DNA of 45,264 bases, from the IMG/VR virus record IMGVR_UViG_3300033512_000293, positions 1 to 45,264 of that record. The stretch is one strand, 5' to 3'. The stretch is from a virus (Duplodnaviria > Caudoviricetes). The first letter of the stretch is position 1, and each line of letters begins with the position of its first letter. The position numbers and the translations under genes are program-made. Under the pieces are notes generated by a model. It was given only the letters and a program-made list of their open reading frames with translations, had not been told where the DNA came from and did no database searches. Shown piece after piece: positions 38,664-45,264 of this stretch.

Positions 38664-38932
38664 GAGTAAAATTTATTCCCAATTCGGGAAATTTGTTAAT
38701 AATACCACTTACAGAGGTTAAAAGGGAGTCTGGTATTATCCTATCGGTAGGTGGGGATAAGGAATTACCCTCAGTGGGTACTGTTATAGCCCTACCAGAG
38801 GATTACACTGGTCCTATTAAGTTGGGTGCAGTTGTTTACTTTGGTAAATATTCTGGGTCAGAACTTGATATACACGGAGACAAATACCAAGTACTAAAAA
38901 TTGCAGAACTATTGGGTTATTATAATGCCTGA
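38660..38932 (+). CDS. groES: Co-chaperonin GroES
   Basis: Mobile loop ESGIIL, GTVIA, VYFGKYSGSEL, ELLG. Confidence 0.85.
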   Translation: MRVKFIPNSGNLLIIPLTEVKRESGIILSVGGDKELPSVGTVIALPEDYTGPIKLGAVVYFGKYSGSELDIHGDKYQVLKIAELLGYYNA

Positions 38933-39353
38933 GTTTTCTAAATTTGATAAAGCACATATGGAATGTGCTAATGTTGTATCAAAGCTTTCATATTGCTTTA
39001 GAAGAAAGGTAGGAGCTCTTCTGGTTAGTCCAGATAATAGAATGTTACTATCTGGGTATAATGGTACATCTCCAGGCAGAAGAAATATATGCGAAGATGA
39101 TAAGACTGGGGAAACTTTAAGTATTGTACACCATGCAGAGGCAAACTTAATTGGTAATGCAGCAAAGAATGGAATATCAACAAAAGGGTGTAAAATGTTT
39201 ATTACTACTTCCCCATGTATTCAATGTGCAAAGCTAATAGAGATTTCAGGTATAGCAGAGGTTATTTATAAGGATGAATATAAAGATACAAGTGGTATTA
39301 TGTATTTAAGAGAAGCAGGTATTCCTGTTAACCAATTAAAGGAGAGTGTGTGA
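38925..39353 (+). CDS. dCMP deaminase
   Basis: RRKVGA, GYNG, HAEAN, SPCIQC; probable ATG at 38925. Confidence 0.9.
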   Translation: MPEFSKFDKAHMECANVVSKLSYCFRRKVGALLVSPDNRMLLSGYNGTSPGRRNICEDDKTGETLSIVHHAEANLIGNAAKNGISTKGCKMFITTSPCIQCAKLIEISGIAEVIYKDEYKDTSGIMYLREAGIPVNQLKESV

Positions 39354-39586
39354 AAAAAGATTTTATGGTTATTATTGGTGGTCTAATGATTTTAGTAGGT
39401 TGGGCTTTAGCAGCCTTTGGTTTTATTACAGGGATTGGTGTACTATTGTACCACGTTGGTGTTTTAGAGATGGGTTTTGCTATTTCCGCTTGGATTGCAT
39501 TTAAAGTTTTTATAACTATGGTCGCTTCAGGGGTTTTCAGTTTAATTTTTGGTTTTATTATAGCTGGAGTTTCAAGCAAATCTTAA
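39350..39586 (+). CDS. Small membrane protein
   Basis: 78 aa, almost entirely hydrophobic; AGGAG SD, GTG start. Confidence 0.7.
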   Translation: MKKDFMVIIGGLMILVGWALAAFGFITGIGVLLYHVGVLEMGFAISAWIAFKVFITMVASGVFSLIFGFIIAGVSSKS

Positions 39587-39630
39587 GCTAATATACTGTA
39601 ACATACTTTAATTAAATTTAAGGAGAAAGT

Positions 39631-40929
39631 ATGTTACAGGCAATTCAAATAATTAAACAAATAAAAAATACACAGGGGACTCATAATAAGGAAGGCATTT
39701 TGACGAAGAATGCTGACGATAAGGCCCTCCTTACTTTACTACAATTGGCTTTTAATCCATTTATCACTTTTGGTATAACAGAGTTTCCTAAAAAACTAAA
39801 AACATTTGAGGGAAATCAAGACCATAAGTTTGACGAATTTATTACTCTCACAAATAAACTATCACAAAATAGTATTAATGCGGCTTCTTTAGAAGAGGCT
39901 ACCTTATTCTTACAATCTTTGGATACACAAACCCAAGAAGTGTACTCAGCAATTCTAACTAAAAGCCTTTCTATAGGAATAGCTGCTAAATCTATCAACA
40001 AAGTAATTCCTAATTTGATTCCTACTTTTGATTGTATGTTGGCAAGTTCTGATGGTGACTTCTCGTTCCCTTGTCTTGTACAAGAGAAACTTGATGGTGT
40101 CCGTTGTATTATTATAAAGAAAGATGGTAAGATAACTGCGTTTACAAGACAGGGAAGAGAAATTCCTATCAAGAGACTTGCTAATATTTTAATACAATTC
40201 CCTAATGACAATATTGTTCTTGATGGTGAGCTTTTAATGGCTGGTGAGTTAAGACAAGATACTTCCGGAAAGATAAACTCACTTATCAAAACGGGGTATA
40301 AAGCAGAAATTGATAACCAACTTGAATATTTTGTTTTTGATATAATGACCCTAGAAGAATGGGTGTCAAGGACAACTACCCTTCTTGCATTTGAAAGAGC
40401 TGTTGAAGTACAAGCAGTTGTTTCCATGTTAGGAAGTCCCTTCAAAGAACCTGCCCAGAAATTTGCCAGTTTCGAGGAAGATATTTTTAAGTTCTACAAA
40501 GAAATTAGAGATGCAGGAGGAGAGGGTGTTATTATTAAAACAAACACAATGTATGAATGGAAGCGTAGCAAGAACTGGAGAAAGCTAAAGGCTATTTGTT
40601 CTTGCACACTAGAAATAGAAGGGTTTACAGAGGGAACTGGAAAGAATGAGGGCAAGGTAGGGGCTGTAAGTTGCAAGAGTTCCGATGGTTTGCTTAGGGT
40701 TAATGTAAATCCTAAGACGGATGAAATTAGAGACTATATAACCGATAATATAGAAAGGTTACCTTATCAAAAAATTGAAGTGCTCTTTAATGAGCTGATA
40801 ATTGCTAAGGATGATACATATAGTTTATTTTTACCGAGGATGGCTGACAATTGGTTAAGGGTAGATAAAGCGTGTGCTGATACTTTACCAGAAATAATAA
40901 AGGAGTCTAGGAAAGATGGTTCAATTTGA
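39631..40929 (+). CDS. ATP-dependent DNA ligase
   Basis: EKLDGVRC (motif I), LDGEL, VFDI, EGVIIK, WRKLK, SLFLPR. Confidence 0.92.
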   Translation: MLQAIQIIKQIKNTQGTHNKEGILTKNADDKALLTLLQLAFNPFITFGITEFPKKLKTFEGNQDHKFDEFITLTNKLSQNSINAASLEEATLFLQSLDTQTQEVYSAILTKSLSIGIAAKSINKVIPNLIPTFDCMLASSDGDFSFPCLVQEKLDGVRCIIIKKDGKITAFTRQGREIPIKRLANILIQFPNDNIVLDGELLMAGELRQDTSGKINSLIKTGYKAEIDNQLEYFVFDIMTLEEWVSRTTTLLAFERAVEVQAVVSMLGSPFKEPAQKFASFEEDIFKFYKEIRDAGGEGVIIKTNTMYEWKRSKNWRKLKAICSCTLEIEGFTEGTGKNEGKVGAVSCKSSDGLLRVNVNPKTDEIRDYITDNIERLPYQKIEVLFNELIIAKDDTYSLFLPRMADNWLRVDKACADTLPEIIKESRKDGSI

Positions 40930-41701
40930 TTACACTAGTGATTTGCATTTAGACTTTAGGGAAGGGACTAATTCCCCCTTCATTCAAGACTACTTTGCCA
41001 ATAAGAAAAGTAAATATCTAATAATAGCAGGAGATATTGGACATAGTATTAATGGAAATATTGAATTTTTAAAATACCTTAAAGATGTCGTGGGTTATGA
41101 TGAGGTTTTTGTAGTTTTGGGAAATCATGATAGGTATATTTTCAGAAATAAATATTCAGAAAAATTTAGAACAGGTAAAGAGAAGGCAATTGCTACTAGG
41201 AAGCTTTATACCGATATAGGAATTAAAGTACTTGATGGAGATTCCTATGAAGTTGGTGGTATCACCATTGGGGGTGCGGATGGCTGGTACGATGGAAAAC
41301 ATGGAAGTATAGATATAGATGAAAAGGATGGGTTAGAGAGATGGAGAAATACTCTCAACGATTTTCATTTTGGAGCTACCACTAACTTCTACGAAACCTT
41401 TCAGGAAGAGATAAGTAAAATAATAAGTCTACAAAATAAGGTAGATATTATGGTTTCACATGTAAGACCCACTATATCCGATAAGCACACAAATTCTAAG
41501 TTCAAAGGTAGTAGAGCTAATAGTTATTTTGGGTTTGATTATGAACAACAACTTTTAGAAGATACCAAACTAAAAGTATGGGTATTTGGGCATGTACACG
41601 ATGTTGGGAAATATACTGTAGGGAAGGTGAGTTTGCTGACTAACCCTGTAGGTTATCCTTTTGAGTCTCATTCTAAAAAATTAATGACACTAACTGTCTA
41701 A
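40916..41701 (+). CDS. Calcineurin-like metallophosphoesterase
   Basis: SDLH, AGDI, GNHD, GHVH, NPVGY. Confidence 0.9.
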   Translation: MVQFDYTSDLHLDFREGTNSPFIQDYFANKKSKYLIIAGDIGHSINGNIEFLKYLKDVVGYDEVFVVLGNHDRYIFRNKYSEKFRTGKEKAIATRKLYTDIGIKVLDGDSYEVGGITIGGADGWYDGKHGSIDIDEKDGLERWRNTLNDFHFGATTNFYETFQEEISKIISLQNKVDIMVSHVRPTISDKHTNSKFKGSRANSYFGFDYEQQLLEDTKLKVWVFGHVHDVGKYTVGKVSLLTNPVGYPFESHSKKLMTLTV

Positions 41702-41711
41702 AGGAAATATT

Positions 41712-42038
41712 ATGGATACTTTCATGGGCCTTTTAGCAATAGTATTAATTATCATGCTTCTTCTTAGTTCTAATTTATGGACATATAAATTATATAAAAA
41801 AGAGAAGTGCGAAAGATTTATGAAATCTAATAAAATTCAAAGTAAGTTTCAAGAAAAAATTGAAGAATTTTATAAGGTTAATAAGTTCTACCCAAGGTAC
41901 TGTTTCGCACCTACAAGTTTCTATGAGGATACTGAATGGTTTCCTACTTGTTGTATATACCATGATGAGGGTATGAAGTATTGTTTAGGAATATGTTTAG
42001 TAGAATTAAATGATATAAAAGAAATACAATTAGTATGA
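41712..42038 (+). CDS. Hypothetical protein with N-terminal TM
   Basis: 108 aa, AAGGA SD. Confidence 0.6.
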   Translation: MDTFMGLLAIVLIIMLLLSSNLWTYKLYKKEKCERFMKSNKIQSKFQEKIEEFYKVNKFYPRYCFAPTSFYEDTEWFPTCCIYHDEGMKYCLGICLVELNDIKEIQLV

Positions 42039-42187
42039 AAAGAAACTTAGATATAATTAAAAGCTACCAGAAAGAATTAAACTTGAATACAAAAGTAGTG
42101 CCTAGTAAAAAGAAATACAATAGAAAGCGTGCAAAATTGTGCCAAAACTTGCTTTTTAAGAAACTTCTAAGGGACTTTTCTTTATAA
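42035..42187 (+). CDS. Small basic protein (50 aa), not in the ORF track
   Basis: ATGA overlap; MKRNLDIIKSYQKELNLNTKVVPSKKKYNRKRAKLCQNLLFKKLLRDFSL. Confidence 0.55.
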   Translation: MKRNLDIIKSYQKELNLNTKVVPSKKKYNRKRAKLCQNLLFKKLLRDFSL

Positions 42188-42195
42188 TAATAACT

Positions 42196-42338
42196 AGCAA
42201 GTAGCTCTTGCTCCTTTGTTGGTTATGAGAAATCAACCATGAAACTATACATGATTTATAGTTGGGGGCTAGGATGTCTCCCTGAGTGAGGCTTATGGCT
42301 TTACATCTTAGGGGTGGGTCAGCTAACTACCCCGAGCC
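42196..42338 (+). ncRNA. Candidate structured RNA or structured leader
   Basis: Follows TATAAT at 42183-42188; several consecutive stems, one GAAA tetraloop and a three-way junction. Confidence 0.35.
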
Positions 42339-42358
42339 ACAATGAAAGAGGAGAATAA

Positions 42359-42571
42359 ATGATAGTAGAAAAGTATGACAGAAAAGCTTTCAAAACAGGT
42401 TTAGAAACTTGCATGTTTGCTGATGGCAAACATGATTATATTGAAATAACTGAATGGGCTAGTGGGGAAGGATATGATGTTTTCATTTCCTCTTCGAGAC
42501 TTGAACAAACCTTTCAGCTTTCTCATGGAGAGTTTGAAGCTTTGTGTGCATTATTCAAGGTAGCTAATTAA
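42359..42571 (+). CDS. Hypothetical phage protein
   Basis: 70 aa, GAGGAG SD, IEITEWASGEGYDV. Confidence 0.7.
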   Translation: MIVEKYDRKAFKTGLETCMFADGKHDYIEITEWASGEGYDVFISSSRLEQTFQLSHGEFEALCALFKVAN

Positions 42572-42604
42572 CTTACGGTAGTTTTTACTAAAAAAGAATG
42601 ATTA

Positions 42605-42679
42605 GGGCAAGTATCATAACGGTAATGACAACGCCTCATAAGCGTCAATATGTAGGTTCAAGTCCTACCCTGCCCACCA
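42605..42679 (+). tRNA. tRNA with CAT anticodon (Ile2 or elongator Met)
   Basis: GGGCAAG/CCTGCCC acceptor (one mismatch), TCAT/ATGA D stem, CT-CAT-AA loop, GTAGG-TTCAAGT-CCTAC T arm, encoded ACCA end. Confidence 0.92.
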
Positions 42680-42695
42680 AACCTCAGGAGATAAC

Positions 42696-43118
42696 ATGAA
42701 AGAACACAAGTTTAGAATATGGGATGTGCAAAGTAAAGAATGGGTATATGCAGGTTTAAAGAATGGAAACAGAGCTTTCCTTTTAACTGTTGCCAACTTA
42801 CTAACAATGCACATTCAAGAAACCCCTGACAACTATCAAGGAACTGTATGGGTAGTAGCTGAAGACCAAGATGAAAATGATGTTGTATGGTGTCAGTACA
42901 TTGGCTTACAGGATAAGAATGGTTTAGACATCTACGAAGGGGACATCATTAAAGATAAACGAGGAAATTTTGAATCTATAAATGTAGTACAGTACCGTGA
43001 AGATAGGGCTAGTTTCACCTTTTCTGGTTGGTCGATACCTTCATACCCTGAAAAGTGGTGCGAAGTAATTGGAAATATCTACGAAAACCCTGAACTATAT
43101 GATGCAAACGTACGCTAA
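42696..43118 (+). CDS. YopX family protein
   Basis: KFRIWD, QYIGLQDKNGLDIYEGDII, EVIGNIYENPEL. Confidence 0.9.
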   Translation: MKEHKFRIWDVQSKEWVYAGLKNGNRAFLLTVANLLTMHIQETPDNYQGTVWVVAEDQDENDVVWCQYIGLQDKNGLDIYEGDIIKDKRGNFESINVVQYREDRASFTFSGWSIPSYPEKWCEVIGNIYENPELYDANVR

Positions 43119-43146
43119 TTTATATAACCTTTAAGCAGCGTTACGC

Positions 43147-43179
43147 TATCCTTTAAGTAATTCAGGTTCTTAAAGGATA
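43147..43179. terminator. Hairpin closing the plus-strand operon (possible terminator)
   Basis: TATCCTTTAAG / CTTAAAGGATA perfect 11-bp inverted repeat with an 11-nt loop; no clear U tract. Confidence 0.4.
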
Positions 43180-43201
43180 CCTGTCGTGAGTGTATTACAG
43201 G

Positions 43202-43453
43202 AACCTCTATTAACCTTGTCGTAACCTTTCAGGAACCTCTATTAACCTTGTCGTAACCTCTCAGGAACCTTGTCGTAACCTCTATTAACCTCTATTAACC
43301 TCTATTAACCTCTATTAACCTTGTCGTAACCTCTATTAACCTTTCAGGAACCTCTATTAACCTCTATTAACCTTGTCGTAACCTCTATTAACCTTTCAGG
43401 AACCTCTATTAACCTTTCAGGAACCTCTATTAACCTTTCAGGAACCTTGTCGT
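43202..43453. repeat. Composite array of 24 units of 10-11 bp, each beginning AACCT
   Basis: Units AACCTCTATT, AACCTTGTCGT and AACCTYTCAGG in irregular order. Confidence 0.95.
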
Positions 43454-43727
43454 GAGTGAACGATTCTTCAATATTTTGTAAGATGCACCCTACGGCCCCA
43501 CCCAAACTTAAAGGAAACTTAAACCTCCCCCCAATGTACGCCAAAAGTAGCCCCAAGCTTAATCCCAGCTGAGAGCAGGTTACTTTTCGTTACAAAAAGA
43601 CATTTTATTTTACATTGGAGTAACATTTAAGTTTCTTTTAAGTAACCTTGTGGTTTCCTTTATTATTCTTATGAGTCCTTTTTTAAGGTGTTCCATATGG
43701 AACTTTTTTAGCGTGATAAAATAGGGG

Positions 43728-43756
43728 TTGACATTAAAAAGAAATAAGCCTATAAT
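43728..43756 (+). promoter_or_regulatory. Perfect-consensus sigma70 promoter
   Basis: TTGACA-N17-TATAAT. Confidence 0.9.
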
Positions 43757-43802
43757 TCTCTCAACCATTTACTCAAATGGCAAAAAAAACAAGGGGTTTA
43801 AA

Positions 43803-44387
43803 ATGAGAAGTATTAAAGGACTTTTGGCAGACGCCAAAAAACTAAGCGTTACGCTTAATAAAGTTGAAGGGGGTTTAACTTCCTTTTGTATATCTGCGCT
43901 TGATGCTGATTTATCGAAAGAGGATAAGGAAGTTCTCAAATTAGAGGTGGAAAAGCTTTTCAGCGTTTCTTATTCTAAAAAGATTAATGCTAGTATTAAT
44001 CTTTTACATACGCTTGAATTAACAAGCGAACAAAAGGCGTTACTATATGGTAAGGGATTTTATGCATTTTATGAGCAGTTAAGAGAGTTTAAAAATGGTA
44101 CTAAGGAAATTGTCGATAGCATACAATCAGTTAAGATTAAGGGCGTTTCTCCAGCCCAAAAAATGGCGGATAAAAATGGGGCAGAAAATGCCAAAAGTGA
44201 AACGGTAAAGAGTGATACAAAAAATCACCTTGCAACGGCTCAAAAAATCAGCGTGGCAGACATCAACGATATTCTTGAAAGCATTAAGGAGATGGCACTA
44301 AAAGCCGTTGGGAATGAGGCTATATTGGCACTCATTAATTCTAATTTACTAGCACTCGAAAACCAAGTGTATGAGATGCTGAAATAA
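43803..44387 (+). CDS. Hypothetical early protein
   Basis: ATG at 43803 after AAGGGGTTTAAA; the track's TTG start at 43728 is the -35 box. Confidence 0.75.
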   Translation: MRSIKGLLADAKKLSVTLNKVEGGLTSFCISALDADLSKEDKEVLKLEVEKLFSVSYSKKINASINLLHTLELTSEQKALLYGKGFYAFYEQLREFKNGTKEIVDSIQSVKIKGVSPAQKMADKNGAENAKSETVKSDTKNHLATAQKISVADINDILESIKEMALKAVGNEAILALINSNLLALENQVYEMLK

Positions 44388-44393
44388 CGACAG

Positions 44394-44428
44394 ACTGAAA
44401 GGAAACTGAAATTCAGTTTCCTTTCAGT
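44394..44428. repeat. 35-bp palindrome (17-bp perfect arms, 1-nt centre)
   Basis: ACTGAAAGGAAACTGAA-A-TTCAGTTTCCTTTCAGT. Confidence 0.9.
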
Positions 44429-44550
44429 TTAAGTTCCTTATAAGAAATGAAACTTTCTAAAAAGAAACTTATAAGTTCCATACGGAACTTTTTAGTTATT
44501 TATATTTTGCTTTTCTCAAGATTTTGGGTTTTATTTCATTCCCTAAAAAT

Positions 44551-44579
44551 TTGACAAAAGCTGAAATTTGTGTCATAAT
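44551..44579 (+). promoter_or_regulatory. Sigma70 promoter with extended -10
   Basis: TTGACA-N17-CATAAT preceded by TGn. Confidence 0.8.
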
Positions 44580-44679
44580 TTCGGTGTTGGAAGAGATTAA
44601 GTTAGGTGACTGAAAGTTCCGTATGGAACTTGTCGGTAACTTATAAGTTCCATATGGAACTAAAAACAAGGGGTTTAAA

Positions 44680-44883
44680 ATGGTAAGTTTAAATAAAGTT
44701 TTAGTAGAAGTAGAATGCTTCCTTATTGTAGATTTCAGTATCAGCCTTGATGGTGTGGCGTACTTCACATCTGAAACCTTTTGGGGCGATAGGGAGGATT
44801 TCGTAGTCCTCGCTACAAACCCCGATTTTGCAGAAATAGTAGCATTATTGTATAATGCTTACTGTAAAGATGTAGCGTGTTGA
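44680..44883 (+). CDS. Small acidic early protein
   Basis: 67 aa, same AAGGGGTTTAAAATG leader as 43803. Confidence 0.7.
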   Translation: MVSLNKVLVEVECFLIVDFSISLDGVAYFTSETFWGDREDFVVLATNPDFAEIVALLYNAYCKDVAC

Positions 44884-44987
44884 GTTACATCTTTTTAGTA
44901 GCTGTCGTACTGATAGCTATTGGGCTTATGGTGGTGTTCGTGATGTGTCCCTCGTGGACACAAAAGGTTGCTGATAAGTTCTTTTAA
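44877..44987 (+). CDS. Putative 36-aa membrane peptide
   Basis: GTG start overlapping the upstream gene end; MLSYIFLVAVVLIAIGLMVVFVMCPSWTQKVADKFF. Confidence 0.45.
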   Translation: MLSYIFLVAVVLIAIGLMVVFVMCPSWTQKVADKFF

Positions 44988-45084
44988 GTTACTTACAAGT
45001 TCCATATGGAACTTTTCGGTAACTTATACAATTTGTCAGTAACTTATAAGTTCCATACGGAACTAAAAAATAAGGGGTTTAAAA

Positions 45085-45264
45085 ATGAGATTAATATGTG
45101 AGATTGCTAGAGATATTCTAGCAGAGTGGAAAAATCCTAATGTGTATGCAATGGCATACTTGAAACCGATGCTACAACTCCGTAGCATCAACGATACTTA
45201 CGGGTTGGATGATGCTCGTAGCATTGTATTGTACTTCCTTAGCAATGCGTCAGGGTTCCGTGGC
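45085..45264 (+). CDS. Hypothetical phage protein, runs off the window edge
   Basis: AAGGGGTTTAAAAATG leader; MRLICEIARDILAEWKNPNVYAMAYLKPM...SIVLYFLSNASGFRG. Confidence 0.75.
   Translation, partial: MRLICEIARDILAEWKNPNVYAMAYLKPMLQLRSINDTYGLDDARSIVLYFLSNASGFRG

Larger units (their letters stand above)
43690..45064. repeat. Six dispersed copies of the palindrome GTTCC(A/G)TA(T/C)GGAAC
   Basis: Cores start at 43690, 44475, 44616, 44647, 44999 and 45050, all intergenic. Confidence 0.9.
1..45264. mobile_element. Segment of a tailed bacteriophage genome (siphovirus, T5-like head/terminase module), probably virulent
   Basis: Complete portal-protease-capsid-tail-tape measure-lysis module, terminase and nucleotide metabolism genes; no sheath, integrase or host housekeeping context in the window. 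Confidence 0.95.

Noticed and set aside
42278-42305. Hammerhead ribozyme core (CTGAGTGA)
   Set aside because: Does not fit CUGANGA spacing and there is no GAAA after the putative stem II.
43202-43453. CRISPR array
   Set aside because: Units are only 10-11 bp and the intervening sequences are three recurring words, not unique spacers; no cas genes.
43344-43556. 70-aa ORF with PERLIEV repeats
   Set aside because: Translation of the DNA repeat array on the opposite strand; unit lengths of 10-11 bp are not codon-based.
44394-44428. Protelomerase (tel) site
   Set aside because: The palindrome has an odd 1-nt centre and no protelomerase gene is visible in the window.
32022-44768. Minus-strand ORFs in the right arm (e.g. 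35042, 39328, 39816, 44496)
   Set aside because: Antisense to recognised genes or spanning promoter and palindrome DNA.
43690-45064. CRISPR mini-array formed by the GTTCCATATGGAAC palindromes
   Set aside because: Spacing is irregular (785, 141, 31, 352, 51 bp) and whole genes and promoters lie between copies.

Overview
An AT-rich 45-kb segment of a large tailed-phage genome (siphovirus; HK97-fold capsid, T5-like head and terminase proteins). No integrase, repressor or host genes are visible. Minus strand 1-29959: portal, prohead protease, major capsid, head-tail proteins, tail tube, two chaperones, a 1915-aa tape measure, tail-tip and lectin-like (LamG/PA14) proteins, a tail fibre and an extended lysis cassette. 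Plus strand 30190-43118: terminase, nucleotide metabolism (split class II RNR, ThyX, dCMP deaminase, MazG-like), GroES, ATP-dependent ligase, phosphoesterase, a CAT-anticodon tRNA and YopX. After 43.2 kb come a helically phased AACCT array and an early-type region with consensus sigma70 promoters and six copies of one palindrome. Best candidate for an undescribed system: a stand-alone PAS sensor gene, tightly linked to two coiled-coil membrane protein genes, between the spanins and a second endolysin, suggesting signal-gated lysis. Also notable: a sigma28-like ACGATWAT motif before late genes, apparent GATC avoidance, a candidate structured ncRNA and a deletion scar in the receptor-binding module. 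All family calls come from motif recognition by eye; no searches were run.
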